Positions 17,309 to 26,832 of a stretch of DNA of 64,000 nucleotides are shown here, in pieces. Origin of the DNA: a virus; the IMG/VR virus record IMGVR_UViG_3300030430_004991, positions 15,298 through 79,297 of that record. One strand, written 5' to 3'. Each line of letters opens with the position of its first letter. The stretch's first letter is position 1. Below the pieces are notes generated by a model. The model was not told the origin of the DNA and searched no databases. It was given only the letters and a program-made list of their open reading frames with translations. The position numbers and the translations under genes are program-made.

Positions 17309-19204
17309 TTAAATATTGTCCTTAATTAAATTAAACTTTACATTTAAATCAACGATTTTTCCTGTGTCTTTCGATTTAACTCTTATTTTAAATTTTTTGC
17401 CCCACACTTTATCTGTTGCTGTCCCCAGAGTTAGATCATTTATTTTTTTCTTAAATGTTTGCATGTTCTCGATAGCTTCAGTTCTATCATTAAAAACTCT
17501 CTGCTGAAATGCTGGTTGAATTTGGAGCAAATTTTTAAATTTTTTATCATGTAGCATGTTTTCTGTTTCCAAAGCAATAACTTTGGAAATTACTTTAGAT
17601 TTCTGTGCGTCTTTTATCAACTCAACTTCGTAGATTGGGGTTGGATTAGAAGGGACGCCCACGACATTTAATGCTCTAAAAATATAATAATACTTTTTAT
17701 TTGGAATCACATTGTCTTTGAACACTATGGATGTTGAATTGATCTTGTTTTTAACATCCAAAGTTTTCATGTTTGCGAAATCTTCATATGATTTTGGCTT
17801 TTCTGGTGATCGAAATACTTCGAAAAGCCCATGTTGCATTTCGTATTCGAAGTCTATGTTCCCATCCAAGTCAGTTTTTACATCCGCTATCAAAGAAGCA
17901 TCTTCTTCGGTTATTGGTATAAATTTAGCATTCATAGAAGAGTTATCTAGATCTAGATAAATTTTTACATAATTTTGTGCATTTGATTCGTTCATAAATT
18001 GTACAAAAGGAGGAAGTTGAACTTTAGGCATGACTTTTATAAACTCTTCACCAAAATTGGCCAATGCTATTTTATAAGAGGGCCTAGATACAAAAGTAGC
18101 ATGAACAGCGTCGTCTTTTTCTACTACTTCTGCCACTTCTGTCTGAATACCGTAGATTATGGTGTAAGCGACAAACTGGTAGCGATAGATGCTACCGTGT
18201 TTTATTTGGTAATCAAAGTACTCTTTTAAATCCGTATCGAACATCCAAAAACTTTGTATCGGGGTTGTGCTACTTCCCAAAAACTTGTCGACCCTAAAAA
18301 AGATAAATTCAGTATGACACTCTTCGTTTTGCAACACTTGAGCGAACGTTTTAATTAATTTTTTATTGTTTTTATGAAAAAAATTCTTAAGCAACACTCG
18401 ATTGAAATTAGTGGAGATCTGATTTTGTGTTTTTTTATTTGGCCCTAAAATAATTTTATTATCAGTATTTGTTTCCAAGCGACCACTATCAATAATACCT
18501 AAAAGATCATGTAGTGTAAAAGTCGTTTGGTCATCTGAATTATTGACATTAAAATTTACGTCAATTGTATCAGTGTCAGAAATTATTCCGCCAAAAATCT
18601 CTTGTAAAAAATTTAGACGTCTCAAAACATCTCTAAGAAAATTTACAGATCCCTGCGTGTTTATTTGAAAATTATTATAGTAGCAAAATTCATTCAAAAA
18701 CTTTTTTGACCGACTGGTCTCATATTGATCTCCAAACAAAATGTTTCTCATTTTTGCTTCTTCTCTTGTGGTTTTTAAATTTATAGATTGTTGCATGTTT
18801 GCAACATCCATAATATACTTTTTTGTTATAGTGTCAGTCTTTAAACTTTTTAAAAAGTTAAACTGTTCATTTTCTGGATTGGTGTTCTCAATGTAATAAA
18901 GAGGCAAAGATAACTCTCCAACTTCTCTTATTAAATTTTCATACTGATTTGATGAATAATTATAAGTATTGTTTATTGTATAGCCTAAATGTAAAGTTGT
19001 ATTATGGTAATTTTTCAAACCATAGTTCTGTAAAAGCGCCACTACTTGAGTTTTTTGTTGTTTGCTTTGAGGTGAAAAACTTACTAATTCCACAACACTA
19101 TCTCGATCTAAGATTTTTTTCTCAGATTTGTAGCTGATCTTTGTTTCTTTTACAAAGTTGAAAAAATCATTCTCTGCGGTATTTTTTAAATTAATTTTTG
19201 ACAT
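17309..19204 (-). CDS. hypothetical virion protein
   Basis: 631 aa in the structural module; FN3-like FKDNVIPNKKYYYIFRALN. Confidence 0.65.
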   Translation of the reverse strand: MSKINLKNTAENDFFNFVKETKISYKSEKKILDRDSVVELVSFSPQSKQQKTQVVALLQNYGLKNYHNTTLHLGYTINNTYNYSSNQYENLIREVGELSLPLYYIENTNPENEQFNFLKSLKTDTITKKYIMDVANMQQSINLKTTREEAKMRNILFGDQYETSRSKKFLNEFCYYNNFQINTQGSVNFLRDVLRRLNFLQEIFGGIISDTDTIDVNFNVNNSDDQTTFTLHDLLGIIDSGRLETNTDNKIILGPNKKTQNQISTNFNRVLLKNFFHKNNKKLIKTFAQVLQNEECHTEFIFFRVDKFLGSSTTPIQSFWMFDTDLKEYFDYQIKHGSIYRYQFVAYTIIYGIQTEVAEVVEKDDAVHATFVSRPSYKIALANFGEEFIKVMPKVQLPPFVQFMNESNAQNYVKIYLDLDNSSMNAKFIPITEEDASLIADVKTDLDGNIDFEYEMQHGLFEVFRSPEKPKSYEDFANMKTLDVKNKINSTSIVFKDNVIPNKKYYYIFRALNVVGVPSNPTPIYEVELIKDAQKSKVISKVIALETENMLHDKKFKNLLQIQPAFQQRVFNDRTEAIENMQTFKKKINDLTLGTATDKVWGKKFKIRVKSKDTGKIVDLNVKFNLIKDNI

Positions 19205-22008
19205 CAGTAAGATCCTGGTGAAGTGTTTTGTCTGGATCCTCGATTAGGAGGACTTGAAGTAATTTGTTCAGTGGTTGCTTCATTATTCATTACCTGTGCT
19301 TGTTGTATCATTGGGTTGTTTTTTTGCACCACAGTATTTGAGTTCATAAACTCAAACGAAATTTCTTGTATAATATAAATAGGCAGTTCTTGTGGTGCTG
19401 CTGTAGTGTCCGTTCTAACACTTATGTCTTTATCGGACATTATAAAAAACGAATCAACAACAGAAACCTTTTTTTCGTCTGTTATTTTGAATATGTTATT
19501 TGTATACGCCTGTAGAAAGCAAACAACCGGCTTAGATAAGGTCTCGAAATTGTTTAGCGACATCTCCTTGTAAATTGGCTTATTTAAGAGAACATTTTTC
19601 TGACTATCCATTAAGAACCCATCGATATAAATTAATTTTTGAACCGAAAAATTATTCATTTCGTAGTAGTTTTTTGTTTTAGGGTTAGCCAATAAATCAG
19701 TACCAGAAGAAATATAATTCGTTTTTGCGGCTGCTGATTGGCCATGTATCACAGCCTTCAGTTGATTGGGTAATTTTTGAGCCTCTGGGCCGGAAAGTTT
19801 TTTGGTATCTCCTAAGACAGCGGTAAAAGTTCTATTGTTTTGAAAACCAGAGAAAAAATCATGAAATTTTTCACTTGCAGCGGACTCGGTTTCAATGACA
19901 TTGTAAGAGTCCGCCACTTCTGCGTAGGTTACAAATTGTTGATTTTCGCCTATTATCTCAGACGAATCTATAAATTGTGTATCTGATGTCTGCTGTTCAG
20001 TCGTAGCTTGTTCTACAGTGACACCTGTTTCCTCAGTTGTTGACGCACCAGAAGAAGTATCTCCCATTGGACGGATACCGAGTATTGTATTGTACAAACC
20101 ATACGGGGCTGTTGAATCAAGTCCAATTTTAAACAATTTTCTAGAGGTTTTTACATTAATTGGTGACCAATAAGTTGTCATGTAAGTGCTGGTATCGTTT
20201 AATCCAAGATTTGTACTTTCGTCTAAATCAGGACTATCTATGCTTGGCTGTTGACTGAAGTTTTTATTCATTTGTTTAACGGCTTTTTCTCTTAAAAAAC
20301 TTTTGCTGATGATTTTCATTTCTGCTAAAGTCGTAGAGTCCATGTAGCCAAAACCAATAGCATTCGAAGATGGCTGTACTATCCTGCTAAAGGTTTTAGA
20401 AATTAAAATTCTAGCTGTTGTTTCACTTTTTGATGTGATGCTAACTTTTTGCCCGCCGGAAAAAGATTTGTAAGGATTATATTCCAAGAAAAATAAAAAC
20501 TCTGAAAGTAAATCTTCATAATTTTTTTCAAATTGTTTCATGGATAGCATGGTGGCTGTTACGGGATTGATTAAAGTAAACATTTGCTCTGAAAGTTTTT
20601 GTTTTTCTGTATCTGAAATATCGTAAATGTAAGAATAATTTTCAACATACGTATCTATTACATCTTGTACGCCCTCAGTGTCTTCTACGGTGTATTTGCC
20701 TCTAGAAAATAAACCAACTAGTATTTTTAAATTTGATCTTGTTTGTTTTAAAACTGCAATAGTCTCAACTAAAAATTTGTAAGTTGGATCAGTAAATTGA
20801 AAATCTACTTTGTATTGATAATCTCCAGGCGTAGTATCTGTTAATTCATAATCATTAAATTGAAATGTTCTAATTTCATTGCCGTATTCAAAAAATAACT
20901 CTTTAATCATAGCTATTTTTTTGTAATCACTTAATTCTTCTAAAAAAATCTCACCTTCTCTACGTGTTACATTATCCCTATTTGAACGAAGTTCCGGAAC
21001 TATCAAGTCAAATGGGCCGTTTCTTTCAAACCTTGTTGTATTGCGAAGAATAACACTATCACCTGTTTTTATAATGTTTTTTTTAGAAAAAACAGTTTGA
21101 GTTTGTTGTCTATTGTTGCGCTTAATTATTTTTACTCTTTGTCTTTGCACTGTCATCAAGTTAATCTTAAACGCCCCCAACAATCTTTGAAAAATTGACT
21201 TACTTGCTCTATTTAAAAAGGAGCCAAATTTTGTATTACTTAGTAAAACTGTTTTGGTGTTCAACATAAAAAGTGCATTTATGTCAGTGTTTGAATTGTA
21301 GGACACTAATAAATCACTAATAAAATTTTTTGTTTCTTGGTTTTTGTGTCTTCTTCTATTGTCAATAGCCCTATAATCTTTTAATTTAGTGTTTTGCACA
21401 GTTATCTTATCCAGAGGCGAGTGGGCTTCATCAGTATGATAAGAGCCCACCATAAAATTGCCATTATGTGCATGCACAGGGCCAGGCCAAAATTCACCAT
21501 TTGGTAAGAGAAAAGCCATTGTAGTATTTACAAGTTTAAAGTCTTTAAAAACTCTTTCTGATTTTATCGGTCCACTGTATGGTTTATCCAACGGAAGACC
21601 GTAATTTTCTCCTAGTTTTTGTTTTTCAATAACACAAAAACAGTACAAATTTAAATGTTTAGTGTCTTTAGGTATGATTTTTTCAAAATGTAACTTAAAA
21701 ACAAAATTATCATGCGACATCGATGGTCCGGGTAGAGATTTTGAATCATAATTAAGGTCACTTAGAGCAATGTTACCTATGTTTATTTCTTCACTAACAC
21801 TCTCATCTAATGAAAAAAATAAGCCAACTTTCATCATTTTTGTTAACATCTCTGATGTATCATACCACATTGGGTTTTCTTTAGAATCATACACACACAC
21901 TTTTACTGTTATTTTCATAGTTTTTGCATCATGATCAAAAACCTCTATTTCTTTAATAAATGCATTTGGTAAATTTTCAAATCCTACTAAATCTCTAGAC
22001 ATTAACAT
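19204..22008 (-). CDS. hypothetical virion protein with His-rich motif
   Basis: 934 aa in the structural operon; WPGPVHAH...GSYHTDEAH. Confidence 0.65.
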   Translation of the reverse strand: MLMSRDLVGFENLPNAFIKEIEVFDHDAKTMKITVKVCVYDSKENPMWYDTSEMLTKMMKVGLFFSLDESVSEEINIGNIALSDLNYDSKSLPGPSMSHDNFVFKLHFEKIIPKDTKHLNLYCFCVIEKQKLGENYGLPLDKPYSGPIKSERVFKDFKLVNTTMAFLLPNGEFWPGPVHAHNGNFMVGSYHTDEAHSPLDKITVQNTKLKDYRAIDNRRRHKNQETKNFISDLLVSYNSNTDINALFMLNTKTVLLSNTKFGSFLNRASKSIFQRLLGAFKINLMTVQRQRVKIIKRNNRQQTQTVFSKKNIIKTGDSVILRNTTRFERNGPFDLIVPELRSNRDNVTRREGEIFLEELSDYKKIAMIKELFFEYGNEIRTFQFNDYELTDTTPGDYQYKVDFQFTDPTYKFLVETIAVLKQTRSNLKILVGLFSRGKYTVEDTEGVQDVIDTYVENYSYIYDISDTEKQKLSEQMFTLINPVTATMLSMKQFEKNYEDLLSEFLFFLEYNPYKSFSGGQKVSITSKSETTARILISKTFSRIVQPSSNAIGFGYMDSTTLAEMKIISKSFLREKAVKQMNKNFSQQPSIDSPDLDESTNLGLNDTSTYMTTYWSPINVKTSRKLFKIGLDSTAPYGLYNTILGIRPMGDTSSGASTTEETGVTVEQATTEQQTSDTQFIDSSEIIGENQQFVTYAEVADSYNVIETESAASEKFHDFFSGFQNNRTFTAVLGDTKKLSGPEAQKLPNQLKAVIHGQSAAAKTNYISSGTDLLANPKTKNYYEMNNFSVQKLIYIDGFLMDSQKNVLLNKPIYKEMSLNNFETLSKPVVCFLQAYTNNIFKITDEKKVSVVDSFFIMSDKDISVRTDTTAAPQELPIYIIQEISFEFMNSNTVVQKNNPMIQQAQVMNNEATTEQITSSPPNRGSRQNTSPGSY

Positions 22009-22946
22009 TCCTCCAGGTCATCTTGAGAAACACGAGACCCATAAATATTGATGTCTAGACCATCGCGATCAGGGCACCTAACCTCTAAGTCCAAAAAGAT
22101 ATCTTTAGCTTTTAGTCTCCTAAGGCCAGTGCAAATATCTTCTTCTGGTACTTTTTTGTCTGTGTTTAAGTTTAAATAGTACTCTACGTTATGTTGTGAA
22201 ACTGGTGTTGTTGTGACTTGTGGTGTATCAATGTCATCTACAACCAGCATGTTGTTGATAACTTGTGTTTCTTGTGTGTGGAAAGTAAGTTTTCTATCTA
22301 TTTGTATTTCGTCCTGTTCAAACAAATAAACTTCAAGTTCGTATGAATCTTTATGAAAAAACCCGTTCCTTTCAAAGATGTTGAGCAAAACTTGTTCTTT
22401 TTCTATCTTTACGAAAGATCCATCTGCTTTTATAACTGAAGGTAGTTCGGTGTTAAACAAAAGACCAGTGTTGCTGAAATCTAAATCGCTTTGATTCCCA
22501 ACTGACATCGTATAGTTAATTTCTAATTCAAGTTGCGGAATTTGTTGCGCTGTCGTTGTTGATCCTGTTAGTGATTTTGATGAACTTTCGATTTCTCCCA
22601 AGAGAGCCGTGATGTTCCAACCAGAGGCTCTAGTCTCCGAGGTGTTGTTAGAGCCGATTGTTTGTTGCAAAAAAGTGACTTGTTCAACTTTATTATCTTC
22701 ATTTCTTAAACTACTTTCAACTCCTTTGTAATTTGTTTGTGGCTTCATGTAAGGAGTTTCAGATAAAATTCTACTTTTAGTTTGTGAATTGTTTTCACTA
22801 ACACCCCCTTGAGCACTATCATAAAGAATGTCATCATCTAAAAAAGTATAATATACTGGCTTTAGTTTCCCTTTGGAAAGCATTTTTCTTCCGTGTGGTG
22901 TTAATTCAATTTTTAACACATCTTCTTTTTTATTAAAAAATGTCAT
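22002..22946 (-). CDS. virion structural protein (paralog of 16353..17270)
   Basis: N-terminus IELTPHGRKMLSKG..YYTFLDDDILY. Confidence 0.65.
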   Translation of the reverse strand: MTFFNKKEDVLKIELTPHGRKMLSKGKLKPVYYTFLDDDILYDSAQGGVSENNSQTKSRILSETPYMKPQTNYKGVESSLRNEDNKVEQVTFLQQTIGSNNTSETRASGWNITALLGEIESSSKSLTGSTTTAQQIPQLELEINYTMSVGNQSDLDFSNTGLLFNTELPSVIKADGSFVKIEKEQVLLNIFERNGFFHKDSYELEVYLFEQDEIQIDRKLTFHTQETQVINNMLVVDDIDTPQVTTTPVSQHNVEYYLNLNTDKKVPEEDICTGLRRLKAKDIFLDLEVRCPDRDGLDINIYGSRVSQDDLEEC

Positions 22947-25900
22947 TTAGTAGCCTCCGGTATTTTCTGTATCTGTGCTAGATGCTTGTGTCGTTGCCGG
23001 AGTATTAGGAGATGTTCCTATTTGAGTTGACGCCGGATCAAGCCTTCCTGATCTGATGGCTTCGTTTGTTGTTCTGAGTCTTGCTGTGACGTCGCCAATT
23101 GGCTCTGGTTTGTTAGAGCGAACTATTGGAGTTCTCACAACAGACTTTTCTGCTCTTTCTGAAAATTCAACTTCGCTTTCAATCTTTGCTAATTCAACTA
23201 GAGAAAAGAAGTCGTAAGGCCAATTATAAGAAAGATCCGTGTTAAGGCCTTCAGAGGTAACTTGTGGTTGGTTTTGCTGCTGTTGGTCCCTAGCTATCTC
23301 GGCAACATTTGGGTAAGGATTCTGGTAAGTACCGGCACTGTTATCAACACTCATCAATGCTGGTCCAAAATCATCAACTTGTCGTCCTATTAATTTATTA
23401 TAGTAGTTAGTCTCGGCTCTTTGCTTGACTTTAAACACCATCCATTGGACTCTGTCTGGTAGTTCGTTGCCGATTGCGTTAACATTTAATGTTACATTCG
23501 TACCATCATTGCCCAAAACAGCCCCGCCACCAAGAAGTTCATGGGCCAATAATTCATGAGAAATCGTTGATTCGGCAGTTTCAAATGTTTGTCCTATTTG
23601 CGGATACAGATTTTGCCAAATGTTTGCCAAATCTTGTTTTTTAAGAACATGAGAAAACTCAAAAATGTACATTGCAAACGGATCAATCGAATTATATTTT
23701 ACAAAATCCATAGATGGAGGGAACACGTATTTTTTCATTCTGGCCACCATTCTTTCGATTGTTGCACCAACAAGGGCTCTTTCTTGCGAGGTTCTTTGTG
23801 CTCTTTCTATGTCTTCTCTTTTTAGTCTAAAGAACTTTCTTTCTCCGTCTTGTTCCACAAAAGGAACAGCAACAACCGCTTCGCTGATTGTTTTTTCACT
23901 AGCAACTTGCCCTAATTTCACTGCTTCTGTTGAAAAGCCGCATAAATTAACGAGCGAACCAGTTGTTTCGGAGTCTTGACTCAACCAGTTATCAATCCAA
24001 TCAGGAGGTACATCATCGACCTGTAGAAAGACACCTTTTGTTGGATCTTCTTCAATGTTTCCGTATTGGTGCCACATTCCGCGCGGTACTGATTGTGACG
24101 CATTACTGGGCAACGTAACACTGTCGGATGCCGATAAATGATTAAAATTTAACATTGGGGTTTCAAATTTTGTTTGAATTACCCACTGAGAGGGTACATC
24201 GCTTGGATCAGAGCCGGCATCTCCTGCTGTTGTCTGCCTAAACATGTTGACAGATGCATTTAGGTGCATCGCTAGACCCATTTTCAACGTATTGTAAAAA
24301 TCATCCGGCCTATAGCTGTACGACGCTGTCACAATTGGAAAAATACCACCATTAAGTAGAACTGATTTGGCATAAGTATCAACATCAGTCGCCTCTGCAT
24401 ATCTCCATTGCTTTATGGTGGATTGCTGTATTATTTCTGAGATACTGTGTTTTTTCGTGTCTGAGGCGGTGAACATAACATCACACCAGGCCTCACCATA
24501 ATAGTATGGCGGAGTAAAAAGATAATTTTCTCCATTTTCTGACCATCCTGCGCTGCCACCAGAGCCGCTGCTTGCTCGGGCAGGAGGCCCAAAAGCAGTT
24601 GGGCGAGAGTACATTGTAAATGTTTCTGTGCTTGCAGATGGATACTGTGGCGGATTATAAAATCCAGAAGATCCAGATATTATTGGTAGTTTAGCGGTGT
24701 TTTTGCTTTTGTACATTTTGATTCTCATCATGTATGTTTTTCCAGCCTCCGCGTAGCCAACGTTTGGATCGTTAGAAGGCTTTGAGATAATTGTCGACAT
24801 ATTTTTTGATTTCATAAAAAATTCAGTTGTTTCTGCTATAAAGTTATGGGCCATTAATTTATATAAATTATTTCCATTACCATCCCACACAACAGACCCA
24901 GAATTATTGGCATAACGATGAGGTTCGTTGCAATAAAATTCACGAAGCGCTAAATATCTTTCCGGTTCGAGTAGTGCTTCAAACGGAATTCTTCTATGAA
25001 AGAAGCCATTTGCGTTTATATAAAAATTTCCATCGCTTGAAGTAATATTATTCGCAGCGAATGATAAGTTTTCATCTTTTAGTGGGTAATCACATGCAAT
25101 ACCGGATTTTATTGTATTAAATAAAACACCAGGTGCAAACATTGGTACCATAAGATTTTGAAAAAGAGCAGGGGATGAAGAAGCACTTCCATATACGTCT
25201 TCGGAACCCGAGACTGCTACAAAGTCTTTATATGAACTATAAAACTGCTTTGCAAGTTCCACAGATCGTTGTGCCGGATAAAAACCGTCGTACGGTAACA
25301 ACTTTTTAATCGCTTTACACTTAAGAGTTATTGACGTTGGCGGCACAAAACCATCATGATCTTTTTTAATAACTTCAAAATGTTTCATGAATTCAGAGTT
25401 TGAGTAAATTTTGTAAAAATCTGTTTTTGATGAGTCTGTTGTGTCGGATAGAGCACCAGTTAAGGAGAACAAGTTTGTTATTTCCTCTGTTATTCCTTTT
25501 GATTGGTATGTCTCAACGTGGTCGCTAATTCTAAATTCCGGAATGATTGAATAATCTTTACCGTATTGACGAACACCTTGTATATAATTGTCGTATGTAT
25601 CGTAAAATGGATTGAGACCGGATTGAGAGCCGGCCTCCCATTTTGCTTCTCCCCCGGGGATACCGACACCGTCTTTACTATCTGAACCCATGTTGCCCAT
25701 TGTGGTGCCCGTGTTGATGCCCTCAATGTTCATTCCATTCGGAGAAACAACTGAGGAGGAGATTGTAATTGTATGCTTTCTGTTGTACACCGGTGCTACT
25801 CTCACGAGACCATCAAGTGCACCATATCTTAGATTGAGAGCCATCGAATCCTCGCCAAAAGAGTACTGGTTTTGTAGAATTCCATAGTCAACTTGATCTC

Positions 25901-26831
25901 TTCGGGGTAGAGAATCATTTCTATTGTAACCATACACGTTGCCCCACCGATTGGCGGTCGACGTGCCCGTATCCCATTTACTGTATGCGTCTAATGGCCA
26001 TACGCTTTGAGTGACATGGGATCCGAATCCATTATCATCTACTTCTTCTGTTCTGTTTTGTCTATCGTCTCTCCACGGAAAGGAAAATGTTGTTCTTTGT
26101 CTGACATAGTTTTTGTAGGCATAAATCTTCGATGGGTAAACACACTCTCTATACTTGAAATACTCAAAAGAATCAATTGGAGATCCGTCTTGATTAAGAC
26201 CGCCATTCAAATAAAAGCCGGAGATTGTTGAATATTGTCTAGATCTTCGAAGCCTCTTGTTATAGTACTTGTTGACCTCTTCGTTATTAAAGAAGTTTGT
26301 CTCACTACCATAAGCACCAACAACTTCAAACCTTTGAAGTGTGCCTGTTACATCAAAAGTTCCGGCTCCAACAAGAAATGGTTTACTATGTGAGTATACG
26401 GGAGTTTCTGTGAATTTTTGAATTGCTCCGTATCTTCCTCTAATCGTATTTTGTCTTCCCTTATTATTGATAACAATTTCTGGGCCTGGTTCTGTTACGA
26501 AAGTAAAAACATTGTTTTGAATTTGTTTTCTTGTTAAAGGGTTCTGTCCTATTCTTATCTGTTTGAACGAATTATAACCGTATGGGCCATTTCTACGAAG
26601 CATGAGAGCAGGAAAGAATGATGCTGTATTTGGAAGGTTATGAGAAAAAAGATAGTTTTTTAAATATGCCATTTGAAATGGTTGTAAGAAATTAATTGTA
26701 TTTTGAGAAACACTAATGCTATCACCACCGCCTTGCGATACAATTTCAAACCCCCCTTGTTCTTCAGCATCCCAACCAACGGGTTCATAAATAAATGTGT
26801 TTAATCCAACAAAGTCTACATAATACGCCAT
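22947..26831 (-). CDS. large virion (baseplate/tail) protein
   Basis: About 1294 aa, SGS-rich; likely start ATG 26831, just after the upstream TAG. Confidence 0.7.
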   Translation of the reverse strand: MAYYVDFVGLNTFIYEPVGWDAEEQGGFEIVSQGGGDSISVSQNTINFLQPFQMAYLKNYLFSHNLPNTASFFPALMLRRNGPYGYNSFKQIRIGQNPLTRKQIQNNVFTFVTEPGPEIVINNKGRQNTIRGRYGAIQKFTETPVYSHSKPFLVGAGTFDVTGTLQRFEVVGAYGSETNFFNNEEVNKYYNKRLRRSRQYSTISGFYLNGGLNQDGSPIDSFEYFKYRECVYPSKIYAYKNYVRQRTTFSFPWRDDRQNRTEEVDDNGFGSHVTQSVWPLDAYSKWDTGTSTANRWGNVYGYNRNDSLPRRDQVDYGILQNQYSFGEDSMALNLRYGALDGLVRVAPVYNRKHTITISSSVVSPNGMNIEGINTGTTMGNMGSDSKDGVGIPGGEAKWEAGSQSGLNPFYDTYDNYIQGVRQYGKDYSIIPEFRISDHVETYQSKGITEEITNLFSLTGALSDTTDSSKTDFYKIYSNSEFMKHFEVIKKDHDGFVPPTSITLKCKAIKKLLPYDGFYPAQRSVELAKQFYSSYKDFVAVSGSEDVYGSASSSPALFQNLMVPMFAPGVLFNTIKSGIACDYPLKDENLSFAANNITSSDGNFYINANGFFHRRIPFEALLEPERYLALREFYCNEPHRYANNSGSVVWDGNGNNLYKLMAHNFIAETTEFFMKSKNMSTIISKPSNDPNVGYAEAGKTYMMRIKMYKSKNTAKLPIISGSSGFYNPPQYPSASTETFTMYSRPTAFGPPARASSGSGGSAGWSENGENYLFTPPYYYGEAWCDVMFTASDTKKHSISEIIQQSTIKQWRYAEATDVDTYAKSVLLNGGIFPIVTASYSYRPDDFYNTLKMGLAMHLNASVNMFRQTTAGDAGSDPSDVPSQWVIQTKFETPMLNFNHLSASDSVTLPSNASQSVPRGMWHQYGNIEEDPTKGVFLQVDDVPPDWIDNWLSQDSETTGSLVNLCGFSTEAVKLGQVASEKTISEAVVAVPFVEQDGERKFFRLKREDIERAQRTSQERALVGATIERMVARMKKYVFPPSMDFVKYNSIDPFAMYIFEFSHVLKKQDLANIWQNLYPQIGQTFETAESTISHELLAHELLGGGAVLGNDGTNVTLNVNAIGNELPDRVQWMVFKVKQRAETNYYNKLIGRQVDDFGPALMSVDNSAGTYQNPYPNVAEIARDQQQQNQPQVTSEGLNTDLSYNWPYDFFSLVELAKIESEVEFSERAEKSVVRTPIVRSNKPEPIGDVTARLRTTNEAIRSGRLDPASTQIGTSPNTPATTQASSTDTENTGGY

Positions 26832-26832
26832 T

